NCBI GenBank assembly: GCA_030141605.1
Contig: JAQGDQ010000395.1
Coordinates: forward strand, 150,997 to 214,996
Length of the DNA stretch: 64,000 nucleotides
From: Tubiluchus corallicola
Taxonomy: Eukaryota > Animalia > Priapulida
Reading direction: 5' to 3'
Made by a program: the position numbers and the translations under genes
Notes under the pieces: model-generated
The model's input: the letters and a program-made list of their open reading frames with translations, nothing else
Told to the model about the DNA's origin: nothing
The model's database searches: none
Shown: positions 13,536 through 27,615 of the stretch, in pieces
How positions within the stretch are numbered: the first letter of the stretch is position 1
How the letters are laid out: every line of letters starts with the position of its first letter

Positions 13536-14347
13536 GTGACGTTTTGAGGTTCACACTGTAATAGTGAAACGGTGACGTTTTGAGGTTCACACTGTAATAG
13601 TGAAACAGTGACGTTTAAGGTGCACAATGTAATAGTGAAACAGTGACGTTTAAAGTGCACACTGTAATAGTGAAACGGTGACGTTTAAGGTTCACACTGT
13701 GATAGTGAAACAGTGACGTTTAAGGAGCACATTGTGACAGTGAAACAATGACGTTTAAGGTGCACACTGTGATAGTGAAGCAGTGACGTTTAAGGTGCAC
13801 ACTGTGTAGTGAAACAGTGACGTTTAAGGTACACATTGTGACAGTGAAACAATGACGTTTAAGGTGCACACTGTGATAGTGAAACAGTGACGTTTAAGGT
13901 GCACACTGTGATAGTGAAACAGTGACGTTTAAGGTTCACACTGTGACAGTGAAGCAGTGACGTTTAAGGTGCACACTGTGTAGTGAAACAGTGACGTTTA
14001 AGGTTCGCACTGTGATACTGAAACAGCGACGTTTAAGGTGCACATTGTGACAGTGAAACAATGACGTTTAAGGTGCACACTGTGATAGTGAAGCAGAGAC
14101 GTTTAAGGTGCACACTGTGATAGTGAAACAGTGACGTTTAAGGTACACATTGTGACAGTGAAACAATGACGTTTAAGGTGCACACTGTGATAGTGAAACA
14201 GTGACGTTTAATGTGCACACTGTGATAGTGAAACAGTGACGTTTAAGGTTCACACTGTGATAGTGAAACAGTCACTTTAAGGTGCACACTGTGATAGTTA
14301 AACAGTGACTTTAAGATGCACACTGTGTTAGTGAAACAGTGACGTTT
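13536..14347. repeat. Minisatellite, 35-bp unit x about 23
   Basis: Unit GTGACGTTTAAGGTGCACACTGTGATAGTGAAACA. Confidence 0.95.
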
Positions 14348-14994
14348 TATGAGCTGGCACGAACATTTTAAGTTAAAAAAACTTCCTTTTCAATTTCTTC
14401 AAACAGGTAAGCGTAATATGCTAATTAATATAACTTCGTACCGAAAGTTTTTTTGAGACATACTTTAAAATCCTTTCCACTTTAATATTAAGTCTTTTGT
14501 TATTAATACCATCTAAAACTACTATAGTACTATGGGGTTTGTGGCAGCATAGTGCTGTTCGGGTTTGAATATTTTGCTCAGCTTCATTTTGACAATTATG
14601 TCAAGCTAAATTTCTATTTTCTTCATAGCACAAAAACAGTATTTGTTTCCATAAATTTGTTTTATTATTTTTTTATTTTTACCCGATTTTGTGAAAGCGC
14701 CTTAAGTTTTCAGGCCTTGGGTATAATACCTCACCAAGAAATCCGGGTAATTGGATTTCTGAAAGAACAAATTGCAATAAAAATAATATTTTCCGCCGCA
14801 AAACACTTTGCTCAGGAAACAAGCGGAAAGCAACGTCAAGTTTCACACACATGTCAGGCGCAAATGTGCAAAATGTGCCATTGTCAGATTTGAAACTGAA
14901 AGAAACGAGTTAAACCAGTTGGCTAGAAGGTAGAAATAGTAAAAGCAATAGGCCTTGTACGGCGTCATTTAGCCAGCAGATTTTCTGAGTCTTA

Positions 14995-16152
14995 AGGTAC
15001 GATTCCGTGTGTACGTAATGCGTGATGCGTAATGCGTATATAACAGTTTGTGTTTAAACATGTAGAAGTGTTCAAATGTGTACTTAATGCGTTATCCATA
15101 ATGCGTAATGCGTATACGACAGTTTGTATTTAAACATGTAAAATGTTTCCATGTGTACTTAAAGCGAAATGCGTGATCCGTTATGCGTATACAACAGTTT
15201 GTATTTAAACATGTAGAAGTGTTCCCATGTGGTCTTAATGCGTAATCCATAATGCCTGATGCGTAATCCGTAATGCGTATGCAACAGTTTGTATTTAAAC
15301 ATATAGAAGTGTTTCCATGTGTACTTAATGCGTAATACGTAATGCGTGATGCGTGATCCGTTATGCGTATACAACAGTTTGTATTTAAACATATAGAAGT
15401 GTTTCCATGTGTACTTAATGCGTAATCTGTAATGCGTGATGCGTAATGCGTAAATAACAGTTTGTATTTAAACATGTAGTATTGTTTCAATGTGTACTTA
15501 ATGCGTAATGCGTAAAACGTAATGCGTGATGCGTAATTCGTAATGCGTATACAACAGTTTGTATTTAAACATGTAGAAGTGTTTCCATGTGTACTTAAAG
15601 CGTAATCCGTAATGCGTGATGCGCGATCCGTATTCATTCGAGCGTGATCGCTGTCGTACGAATACGCATTACGCAACAATACACAGACGGGAAACCGCCG
15701 TTACCTAGGTGATTGTAGCGAGGTTTCAAGTTTCCGGTGACAATTTTCACTGTTTAATCGTCTGAAAATTCTGGTTAGGCGAGTTTTGGTCACTTTAGGA
15801 TGTACAAACAATAATATTTTTTTCTATTTGAGTTTGTGAGAGGCTAAAGAAGCATGTAGTTATGTGTTGTGCATCTGACTGCAGTTCTTATACTAAATGA
15901 TGATACCTGCCATATTGTTCTCTCCCCTGCAAAATGTTGCGCACCCAAAACCTCAGTCTAGTAGTACAATAATAAGCTAATGCCGCTTGAATTTCGACAG
16001 AAACGTGGTTTCCAAAAACTATCGCTTGCAATTTTCACGAATAGCAACCAAAAATGGCGGAATGAGCATTTATACGTATAGCATTTACAGACACATGGAA
16101 ACAGTCAATACGCATCACGCATTACGCATTATGTGCACAGAGAGTCGTAGCT
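14995..16152. mobile_element. PIF/Harbinger-like MITE with internal tandem array
   Basis: TTA|AGGTACGATTCCGTGTGTACGTAATGCG...CGCATTATGTGCACAGAGAGTCGTAGCT|TTA: imperfect TIR of about 45 bp and 3-bp TTA TSD; internal array 15015-15625 built on TAATGCG heptamers. Confidence 0.6.
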
Positions 16153-16174
16153 TTAGGTCTTCGCTGTTTAAGCG

Positions 16175-16638
16175 GGCACTAGCACCTGCATTTCGGAAAC
16201 GCATTGCACAAAAACAGGTGCTGTACCTCTCAGTTCATATGTGTTAGTTTGTGACGAACTACACGCGTTCGACAGGTCTCGCGTGAGCACAGCGGCAATC
16301 GAAATTTGTATTTATATCTTAAACTTGCCTAGTTTTAATACAACACACTGAATCTCTTACAGTAGCACTGTACTTTAATTTTCGCTTTTGCAAACCCGTG
16401 CAACACGCTCGTGGTATGTTTTTGCCAGTTAGACGGACATTTCAGAAACGCATTGCACAAAAAACAGGTGCTGAACCTCTCAGTTCATATGTGTTAGTTT
16501 TCAATGTCGTGAATAGTTAATTAAGCTTTTAATCTATTAATTATCAGAAATGCTTTTGCAGTATTAATCGTGTTAAAATGTATACTTTTTATCGAACTTG
16601 AAAATAGGGTAGTGTATGAAAAATCATCCTGTCTTCCT
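16175..16638 (+). mobile_element. MITE family A, right-end fragment with internal duplication
   Basis: Matches the 52990-53581 copy; ends CATCCTGTCTTCCT|TTAA. Confidence 0.75.
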
Positions 16639-17285
16639 TTAAGAGAAGGAACCAATTTCAGACGTTGCACTAGTAACACCATTCAAATACACCAATAATT
16701 AAGTGATTAATCCCGAAAATTAAAGATATTTTTCCTGTCCAAATTGAACTTACTAATTACACAGCATACACGCATAATAATATCTTGTTAAAAAGAGAGT
16801 TTGCCATTTTCTTCTCTTAGTTTGGCTGAGTTGCCGACCGCCTCTATATTGCTGCCACGTTAATTGACAGTTGTCGAATACATATCATTGAGTAAAATAG
16901 ATTAGAGTAATATTAGAAATCTAATCCATTTAAACTGACGCAAAGCATGATGAATTACAGTATTAACATTGACCATAGCAATAAGCGTGGCTTTTCACTG
17001 TCAAGACGCCATTAATTCCTCAACTGTTCCGTTAATCCACAATTCCAAAGTCTTGAACGTAATCCCTCTCCAGTGATCAACAATTAATTTGCTTTTTTAA
17101 CTCCTGCAAGGCGAAATCCAGCACGCAAAAGCAGGGTCTACTCGAAACGGTGTTTGTGGCATGACCGGAGACTGGCTCGTCAAGAATAACTCTTTGCGAT
17201 GAGCAGTAAATCTGTAGAGGGCTCAGCATTTGTGCACGATGTCCCTATATACAGTAAACAGCTAAGACAAATATGGCAAAATCAT

Positions 17286-17354
17286 CCATAACAAGTATCG
17301 AACCCAGTCAGTCGGGCAAAACACGCTGCCGTATCAACTCGGCCATGAATCCCT
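17286..17354 (-). mobile_element. Degraded tRNA-derived SINE head
   Basis: Minus strand TGGCCGAGTTGA (A-box-like) and GGTTCGATAC (B-box-like) at tRNA-like spacing; no full cloverleaf. Confidence 0.35.
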
Positions 17355-17899
17355 ACCTTGACTAGTTATGTCTAAACAATTAGAAGCGATCCATCTCTAT
17401 TTCCCAATTTAGGCAAAGGTCACTGTTTGCTTAAGATTAAGGAAGGGTTTGCAATGAATCCTTCAGTTTTAACTGTTACTCGATGACTTCTAAAACACTG
17501 GGCTTCTAAAACACTGGGCTTCTGTTTTGCAACTGCTTCAGCAACGCAAGCACTTTAGCTTGAATGCTCAGATGAGGGCTAGCTTGAAAGTTATTACCGC
17601 AGGTGTCGATAATTAACGTCTAATGGCTTATTGCTTTTGTGAAGCTTAGGCGCACACTCTCACGGAAGAAATCGATTTTCAGCGGCACCATTACTTTCTT
17701 TCGACTCTTTCGACTCTTTTTTTATAAGAATTTTTTTCCGTTCATTCACAACAACTGAATGAGTTAAGCATACTGTAGAAGTTGCAGTGTTAAAACACTT
17801 TGGGGGTGAAATTTGTTGAGGTTTTGAGGGACAGAATCCAATGATGCAGAGAAGTGTGGTCTACATTAAAGTGTTCACCAGGAAAGAAATGCGATCAGA

Positions 17900-18105
<206 letters not shown>

Positions 18106-18265
18106 GCATGTAACAGCAAAGAACTAGTGGCGCGAACGTGAAATTGTGTGTGTGTGATAAGAATTCTTTCACATAAGTCATTTTTGAAAAATAGCATGTT
18201 TCCTTTCAATATTTTACAGAGTTGATTGTTTTGAACTACAGTTTAAGATTGGATCCGGTTTTGCT
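18106..18265 (-). mobile_element. MITE family A, left-end fragment
   Basis: Ends GGATCCGGTTTTGCT|TTAA; matches 11905-12066. Confidence 0.75.
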
Positions 18266-18509
18266 TTAAACGCGGGAACAATGTCAGCTAATCAACATTT
18301 TCAAAACAGGCACTGTGAATGCGACAGTATATCCCTACTATACATTAAAAGTTAAAATGAATCACCACACGCCTGTATGCTCTATTGTTTATACTCTGTA
18401 GTCTTGTCGTTCTCATTTTCGTACGCACTCCGTCACAAGTGAACATGTAGTTCTGGTTTTCAACTTACATTTTCCTTTACTTCTTAATGACAAATGTGAT
18501 GTTTAAATA

Positions 18510-18908
18510 AGGCCACTAAACTCGTAGGTAAATGATTCTTCTTTTAGTACAAATTACCATATAGTGACCATACAGTCAACATAGCGCAATCTATCTATCT
18601 ATCTTTCTTCCTATAATTTCCACTAACACATCCTTCTACCCTTCCTGTGTGATCTAACCTTTCTCCCAGTTCTTTTTTGTTCACTCATCCATTCTTTTTT
18701 TATCGGGTTCACATGACAGTGGGCTTATACAAGCCTTTGCTTCTCTAGCCCGACTGCAGTTCAATTATTCTTTTATGATAACGATAGTGTATGAAACATA
18801 ACAATTTAATACAGTAGATGTAATAATTTTGATGTCACTGTGTGCTTAATGTCATAATAGTGTACTGAATGTGATAATAATAATAAATAAAAAATAAAAA
18901 TAAAAAAA
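18510..18908 (+). mobile_element. Old LINE 3' tail (CR1/L2 group)
   Basis: GTGGGCTTATACAAGCC...GCCCGAC stem-like motif followed by a T-rich UTR and an AATAAA-rich tail; no ORF left. Confidence 0.35.
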
Positions 18909-19309
18909 TTAATTTCATATGCGATCTATTGCTATTATTTTGTATATCAATAATTGTGTATTTTTCCTTTAATTTTGATTTTAGATGTGTAATACTAAAT
19001 CTACCTACAGTCGTTTTTGCTCAACACATTTGCTTACTTGTTACTCACAACTGTTTGTTAATTATTTTTTCGCTAAATTTTTGCAGTTACTATTTTCTTC
19101 TTCCTTTTCGATGACGTAATCATGACGAAACTGGGAGACTTCATGAGTTTTTGTAAGCGCATCATGGCTTTCCGTAAAAGCGTGCTGCTAAAACTAGTTC
19201 AAACTTCTGCAGCTGTTTCAGGCAAACATATTACAAAATTACCTTTCTATTTTTTATGTAAAAACCTAATACTTCTGGTAAAGATTGACAGTGCGCTGCT
19301 TTTCTTCAA

Positions 19310-19481
19310 GACGGCGTGACGTCATTGGAAGAAGAATGGGCATTGAAAATAGGAGCGCCCAAGCATGAAGTGATTTTACTAATTACACGAGGCGCTTATT
19401 GTAGTTTTATTACTAAATTCTTCTAACATTTTTTGCAAACATTAAAATGAACCTGACCTCCTAGAAGTGTTGACCTTTCCT
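19310..19481 (+). mobile_element. Right end of TTAA-flanked MITE family C
   Basis: GCGCCCAAGCATGAAGTGA...ACACGAGGCGCTTAT...CCTTTTCCT|TTAA, shared with 34690-34855 and (inverted) 63549-63712. Confidence 0.6.
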
Positions 19482-20418
19482 TTAAAACACACAATAGATT
19501 CGTGCCGGAAGGCAAGCACAAGGCCAAAAAATGAAAAATCAGCGGGATATGTCAGAAGAGGAAAAACAGACAATTACTGCATATGACGTATACGTGATGC
19601 TGACATTCGTAAAATGACATATTTCGTTTAGTTCATGTTGCAAAAATGAAACGTATTTTTCAAGCTTAGATCATCTACACAATTCTTATTAAGGCACTTC
19701 AAAGGGAGATGGAAAATGATATTGAAGCCGGTTCTTCCAGACTTGCAACTCTGACGTTTCTACACTTTATTGAGATTCTGGTTTCTTTAGCCTTTTTCAT
19801 ACTGAAACGACATTAGTGCTTATTTACTTTTGCTCTTTAATGCTGCGGCCCTAGATTTGGGCTTGCCAAGTGACAAAACATGGCACTCAAAATAAGTAGT
19901 CTATCCTTAGTAACTTGGCATCTAACTTTAGTAATCTAGCCTAAAATTAATTATTATATGGGCAATGTCAGTTTGAAAATAGACAGTATGAATGGGGTGC
20001 TGTCCAAACTGAAGAGCATGCTCTATCCACTTGCCCCAAAAACTGAAAATCTTAGAAATGATTAATATTGTTGATGTATTTGAAAACGAACTCAGGTTTA
20101 AAATTTGATATGACGTATTGAAGTTATTTTACCGATAGACTAATGCTATTATGAGTCCTTCGTTAAGCAAAAATTAATCATTCTTGGAGATTAGAAGATT
20201 AGAGATTATTCACAGACTTATTATTTATAGTATATTCTTTTTTTATGACAGTAATACCTAGGCTTAGAATTTGTGTACTTAACTATATAGCACATTGCAT
20301 TTATTTTATCTTTGTTGCTCTTGATGTGTCATTTTGGTGACGTCTTTTTGAGCTATAGTTTTTTTTCTGGTTACCCAAACATTAGCGTTTTTGTCTCGAA
20401 TTATGTAGAATTATAGTC

Positions 20419-20760
<342 letters not shown>

Positions 20761-21329
20761 CCATACGATATAGCTACCAGGAGTAATTTTAGTCTGAGAT
20801 ACTAATTTTCACTATTGCACTTAGTCCTGTGGGCTGAACACGACTTAGCTAGCTGCTGAAAAGGTCATTTCATAGAAATAAAAAGGCGCTATGTAGCAGT
20901 TGCATGTAAAAGATATGTGCTGTTATATACACACAACACAAGTTGCACACATTTTTTTATTTATAAACCAAAAATCATGAATTATTCCTTTAATTTTTTC
21001 ATTAAAACCTTGTAAAATTCGCGTTAACACCGCAAATCTTTATGCGCAATTATTTGTTAATTCTGTCAGTGCGCGTGGTGCTAATAAATTCAAACGAAAT
21101 TCATCCTGCTAAATTTGATTGCTTTTCTACGAGGAAACACGCAGCACGACAGAATAATTCAATGAAATTGTCCCCGAAAACGGCAGTATTTATGATGTAA
21201 AGGCTCAGCGTAATTAAGATGTCAAACCTGTTTATTTTCATGTGCGCTTTACTTAAACAAGGGAAAGAAATTAAACTAAATTAAATTGCACGTCATTAGT
21301 AAGTGTGGAAAGAGGTTGGTATATCTGCT

Positions 21330-22057
21330 AACGTATTTAGCAGATATATCAACCTATTTATATCAACGTATTTAGCAGATACATCAACCTATTATATTAA
21401 CGTATTTAGCAGATATATCCACCTATTATATTAACGTATTTAGCAGATATATCAACCTATTTATATCAACGTATTTAGCAGATATATCAACCTATTTATA
21501 CCAACGTATTTAGCAGATATATCACCCTATTATATCAACGTATTTAGCAGATATATCAACCTATTTATATCAACGTATTTAGCAGATATATCAACCTATT
21601 TATATCAACGTATTTAGCAGATATATCAACCTATTTATATCAACGTATTTAGCAGATATATCAACCTATTTATATCAACGTATTTAGCAGATATATCAAC
21701 CTATTTATATCAACGTATTTAGCAGATATATCAACCTATTATATTAACGTATTTAGCAGACATATCAACCTATTATATTAACGTATTTAGAGGATATATC
21801 AACCTATTTATATTAACGTATTTAGCAGCTACATCAACCTATTTATATCAACGTATTTAGCAGATATATCAACCTATTATATCAAAGTATTTATCAGATA
21901 TATTAACCTATTTATATCAACGTATTTAGCAGAGATATCAACCAATTTATATTAACGTATTTAGCAGATACCTCAACCTATTTATATCAACGTATTTAGC
22001 AGATACATCAACCTATTTATATCAACGTATTTAGCAGATATATTAACCTATTTATAT
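21330..22057. repeat. Minisatellite, 34-35-bp unit x about 21
   Basis: Unit AACGTATTTAGCAGATATATCAACCTATTTATATC. Confidence 0.95.
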
Positions 22058-22475
22058 GAGTTAATATAGATGGAAGTAAGTTCAATCTTGTCTGTCGAGC
22101 AAAAAAATGTCGGAGCAGATTTATATATTAAAAAGTCAATTGACAGTAATGTCTCTACACACTAAATAGGTAACGAAATGAATTATGATTAAAATAGAAA
22201 CATTATGGCAACAATCAGATTGAGCAAAAGACCACAAATTTACATTGCATCTTCGTATTGCTTGTGACGATAGCAAAACTGGGTGGCTTCTGTTAAGGTG
22301 GGTGGTTGGTGACAGTTTTGCTGTAATCTCGAAATTTATCGTCCCCTTGAACACGAAAGAGAGCCTTTTCTCTGAATGCCAAGTGACTTGAATGGAGCAA
22401 AGAGTAGCTTAAAGAAGAAAAGATAATGTTCATTAACAAAAATATGCAGTATTAATCTTCACTGAATCTGACAAT

Positions 22476-22554
22476 TATGAATGTTGACGTAGCGTCAATG
22501 TTATGAATGTTGACGTACCGTCAATGTTATGAATGTTGACATACAGTCAATGTT
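22476..22554. repeat. 26-bp unit x3
   Basis: TTATGAATGTTGACGTACCGTCAATG repeated. Confidence 0.85.
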
Positions 22555-23385
22555 CTAAAACAAACGCTGTTTTAGTTTGCTTTGTTTTGTTTTTAACTTA
22601 GGAGATGCTGATCAAAATGACGAACGGTGTTTTTGTTTTAAACAGAAAGCCTGCTGTTGTTCAACTCAGTCTATCCCTTCATGCAGGTGGAATGATCATA
22701 GACCTTGATATCAAAATAACAAAAAACAAATTCCGTCTAATTTTTAAGTTTGAGATGTTCACGCTTGAGTAGAAGCAAAACCGCTCGTTAAATGAGAGCG
22801 TGAACCATCAAATTCTAACTTGGGAAAAACAGCAAACTATATGAGTAATGGCGTCCATTTCGCGAGCAAACGATACGAGATAAAAATTCAATCTAGCAAC
22901 TTTATCAGCTGAAAAAAATGGCGATCGAAGAGATGACCAATGCCCTATGAGATAAATTGTTCATTTATTTGTTTTCAGAGCCACCTATGGGACACTTTCC
23001 TAATCTCTTCGGAAACATTTTGCTTTGATATATAACGGGAAAATATCGACCAACGTGTCAACCCAAATTCTAAAATAATATTAAGAATTTCAGTTGATTC
23101 AGATGAGACAAAGCTTTTCTGAGATATGTGCATCCACGTAACTTTGAGAGATAACGAGAAAATAATGAGAAAGAACGATTAGTGTCTCAGGAACGGATTT
23201 TCCACATCAAAGAAATATCATTGCAGGGTGAATCGAACGGAAAGCAGCTTAATTAAGAATTTCCGGATGACTTTTGATATTAATTCTCACGGCTGAGACG
23301 AGAGTAGACAAAGAAAGAGCAAAAACAAAGAGAGGAATACAATCGAAAAGGCAAACAGAAGAAACCCGGGATTTATAACTGAATA

Positions 23386-24000
23386 AGACCTTTCACAGTT
23401 TCAGCGATTGATGATGATCGTGAAAGGTCAAAGGTTAAGCCTACCAGACAACGCATTTGTGAACACTTGACAGCGACTCGTAGCCCATGCTGTTGTAATA
23501 GTAACAGTTTTATCAGCTACCTAGTACCTTACCTAGTTCATTTTTTCTTGTTCTCTAACAAAATCTTGCTACTAAATACTCTATGCACAGACTAAAACAT
23601 AATTAAGTAAAGTCCACGTAAAACAACTGACGTTACCGAGCGGAAGAATCAGACAGCTTTGCTTTACCCACATGTCACAGTCAAAGTCAAAGATTAAGTA
23701 TACCAGACAACGCATTTGTGTATACTTGACAACGCCTCGCAGCCTTAGCTGTTGTAATAGTGACAGTTTTAACAGCTACCTAGTACCTTACCTAGTTCAT
23801 TTTTTCTTGTTACCAGGCAATATCCCGCTATTAAATCACTCTATGCACAAACTAATGCATAATTATGAACTGAGGCGGCAGACGGATTTGCTTTACACAC
23901 ATGTCACGTGACGGTCCTAGTTAAGACGCGTTGCTGTGGTACACTTAACCTTTGACCTACAGCAACTGCGCGTGCGCAAAGCGAAACTGCAAAAAATGCT
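23386..24000 (+). mobile_element. TIR MITE family D with internal tandem duplication
   Basis: Termini AGACCTTTCACAGTTT...AAACTGCAAAAAATGCT; segment 23435-23680 repeated at 23690-23905; homologues at 56750, 61500, 62081. Confidence 0.7.
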
Positions 24001-24794
24001 TATTGAAGATTCGCTGCAGACAGACGGACAGCTAAATAACGGGACGAATGGACAGATGATAAAGGAAGAGAGAGATAGATGGATAAAGGGACGAATGCAG
24101 AGAAGAATAAAGGAAAGAATGGTGAGAATCGCCGCTCTAATGGTCTCGGGCAGCAGTCAGTAAAACAGCTAAAATCAAAACTCCTTCTAGCGGTCTTCAA
24201 GAAACCCGAACGAAATTTAATCCCAGCTAAATCCAGCCGCAATTTAATGCACTCAGCGAAGCTGCATACAGCGCTGTCTTTCTACATTTAATTATGACGC
24301 AATAGAGTTAGAGCAAGAGAAGCCACAGACGTCCCTCTTGACGAGTTGCGAGCGAGGAACTCTTCCTGAAAAATTGCTCAACGCTTTCCCGTTTTAAACA
24401 GGAGACAAACATGCATTAGCTGGAAACTCGTCCGCCTAATTAAAATCCGTTTTCACACTGAAGATTGCTCGCGTTTTGCGTAATGACGTTTTATTAAGTT
24501 TCGCGCCGCGTACATTTATATTATTATATTCAATCACGAATTACGTCTGCTCGCATGAGTAAAAGGCGTATTATGTGAAAGCAAACACGGCAACCGATTA
24601 CGGATTAATTAATTTACTTCAAAATAATAATTAACAGCAGGAGTATGCTTCCGCCACTCGGGTTGTTATATGCGGACGGACGGGTAGAGGTATTTATTTT
24701 TCACCCTCGTACTTAGCATAGATTTCACTTCCTGAACAGAAACAGCAGAAAATAAATGATTTTGCACAAATATGATAAGTACGTCACAGAATAT

Positions 24795-25448
24795 TGTTAC
24801 GGAGGCACCTGTGTCGGGTCAGGTGTAGGGCCCTCTACACGCCCTGCTTTACACGCCCTGCTTCCACGTCAGCAGCGACTCACCCCTTTCTTGTAGGTCC
24901 AGACGTTTTGTTTGGGCCTACACGTGGTGTGAGAAGCCAGCTGACCTGGAATGCCAGTATAAAAGCGTGTAGAGGTCACTACAGCCTTGATTTCTGACAC
25001 AGGTGCTCCTCGGGTGTAGTGCTGTTACTGAGTTAGTTATTTTTTTGTGCACGTGTATTTTGGTTCCTAATTTTTATTAGTGCTGTTAATAAACTCCGTA
25101 CAGTGTAGTTTTTGTGTATTTTATTTTATGAGAGTTAAATGACATGCTATAACAGGTTTATGCTATTAGTTTACAGACATTAACTTAGTTAATTAGCATA
25201 ACATTTGTAATTAACATTAACATTTGTAGTTAAGTAATCAGTTACGCAACGACAGTAAAATGGATCTTCATGATGCGCAATATCAAGACCACCATGCCAT
25301 CTTGGAGTTCGACCCCCTGAGTCGAATTCAGTCGAATATCAAGACCGCCATGCCATCTTGGAGTTCGACCCCCCTGAGTCGAATTCAGTCCAATATCAAG
25401 ACCACCATGCCATCTTGGAGTTCGACCCCCTGAGTCGAATTCAGTCCA
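24795..25448 (+). mobile_element. Solo-LTR-like element with 3' array of three 56/57-bp repeats
   Basis: TGTTAC...GTCCA termini, TATAAAA (about 24958) and AATAAA (about 25088), flanks ATAT/AAAT; near-identical copy at 58468-59280. Confidence 0.7.
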
Positions 25449-25461
25449 AAATTATACGATC

Positions 25462-25795
25462 TACTCATTTACGCATTTAAAATTGCGATCCACCTGCAGC
25501 TACAGCGACCATCTTGTAAGAATAATTCATTAGTTTTATCTTCATTATAGCGTAATGTAAAATTTATTTACATAGCCCACTACTCCATTTAAAATCTCAG
25601 CACGCTGAACAATGAAACGCCTTTAAAATTGATGAGAAACATAAAGTTTAAAAGACATTAAAAATTGAAAACAATTCAACACAAAAAGCACAATTTAAAC
25701 AAATGTGTCTTAAGATATTGTTTAACACAATCTAATGAATTTTTAGAACGTATAGCAATTTTCCCTTCAGTTTTCATTTTAAATGCGTAATAGTA
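25462..25795. mobile_element. Small AT-rich MITE
   Basis: TACTCATTTACGCATTTAAAA ... TTTTAAATGCGTAATAGTA inverted repeats. Confidence 0.4.
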
Positions 25796-27289
25796 AATCT
25801 ACCTGCAGTCGATTTTCTCAACTGCTTACCTGTTAATCACTTCTGTTTGTTAATTATTATTATTTTATTTCGCCAAATTTTTGCAGTTACTATTTTCTTG
25901 TTGTTTTTCGATTTTTTTGTACTTTATAAAATAAATTTAATTCAGGTTTATCGCACCACATCAAAGCCGTTTTTGTTAATATCGGTTTGGGTGCATCCAC
26001 AAATGCTAAGACTCAGCCACAACAGTATATAGTTATCACCTGCTGAACCAAGTATATAAGACGAATCCGTTCAATATGACGTAAGTTTTTCTCTGTTGCC
26101 CCCCTCTTGTTAAAGCCTCCATGCAACGGGTACAGTTATCAAAGCAAAATTTAATATCGATCACTCCTCTCAAACAATGCCTCCTAATTAATATTTCAAA
26201 CGCAAACTCTTGTCGTGATTATTCTGTTAAACTAATTATGAAGCGACTTATTAATGCTCGTGTCATCATTAGCAGTCGTTATTTTATGCAACAAGTTGGG
26301 AAGACTTCACTGGGAGGGAGAAGCCAAGATTAATGACGTGTCGATTACTCGTTAACGAACCGGTCGAATTCGATCATTGACGATAAAGGAAACAATACTT
26401 ATTTAACCTACAACGTAACATTTTCCACAATAGAGATAAAGAGCCTTTCATCTTACGTCGTGAGTTTTTTAATCGCATTTTTCATATTAATTTTGGCTTT
26501 CAATTTTTCGGAATAAGTCATCTTGTTTTTTTTCGATAAAAATAATTTAGATTTGTCCCAGATTCGTTCGCCTAATCATTTTCCTTTTACATCTTACCTC
26601 ATTTCATATTCTCTGGTTTAATTATACGTTTATACGTTTAAACTAGACATTTATTGTATTCTTTGTATCCATGCTGCTTATTTTGCACACAACCTTAAAA
26701 ACTTCTGGTTAGTCTGTACCTTTACCAATAGATGAACTTGTATTACCTTGTATCTGTGAACATTTCACTAGGTGAGAAGTAGATGTTCCACTGAGAGAAA
26801 TTATTTTTTCTGCTTTGTAATATTAATCTAGTTTTTAATTATATTAGTTCCAACATCGTTTGTTTAGTCACACTGTTATAATTTAATTTTTTATTTGAAT
26901 TTGCAGAGAATGAATTAACTTATTTTGAAGACCTGTGATATTTGTTAAATGTAAATTTATTTTACCACAGGTTTTGTTTATTCTTGTTCAGTTTCGACAG
27001 GTTATTGTTGTTTATTGTTTGAACGTTGGGGCATGTTATTGTCATTTATTTGTTCCTGTTTCTCTTTACATTTCTGCTATATTACAGTGCCGTTCACGTT
27101 ACAATTCAGATTTGCGTGGAACGAAGAAGAAACGAAAATAAATCCATTAATAAATTTATTTCTTTTACATAGGCAACGTGCCTCAGTTCTGTGTTCTCCC
27201 ACGTTGCTTTCTTCAATCGATTTTTACGACCAAAGGACACCAGTTCAAATCTCACAGCAAACGTTTTTTACAGACATTATAATTGCAGC

Positions 27290-27372
27290 AACTCTCCCAC
27301 ACATGTTGCGGCGTTCGACGCCACGGAATTCGAATCCAAAATTTAACGCTGACCACTCGACTACCGAGTCCA
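27290..27372 (-). mobile_element. Degraded tRNA-derived SINE head
   Basis: Minus strand TAGTCGAGTGG (A-box-like) and GATTCGAATT (B-box-like). Confidence 0.3.
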
Positions 27373-27615
27373 TTACTTAACGCTGCCAAATTAACCCACG
27401 CTGATCAGTTTCACGTGAAACTAACATGAACCAAATTGATTGCTGCCCACTGAGCAGGTCAATCATTCAATGATGTGATAGATGAGAATGCATACAAGCA
27501 ATACACTAATACTATCTATTGTGTAAAATTAAAATCTGCTAACTAATTTAGCTAGATTTCTTACTTTCACTAGATAGTTTAGTGAAATCGTATCAAGCCA
27601 AAGGTTGATTTTGCT

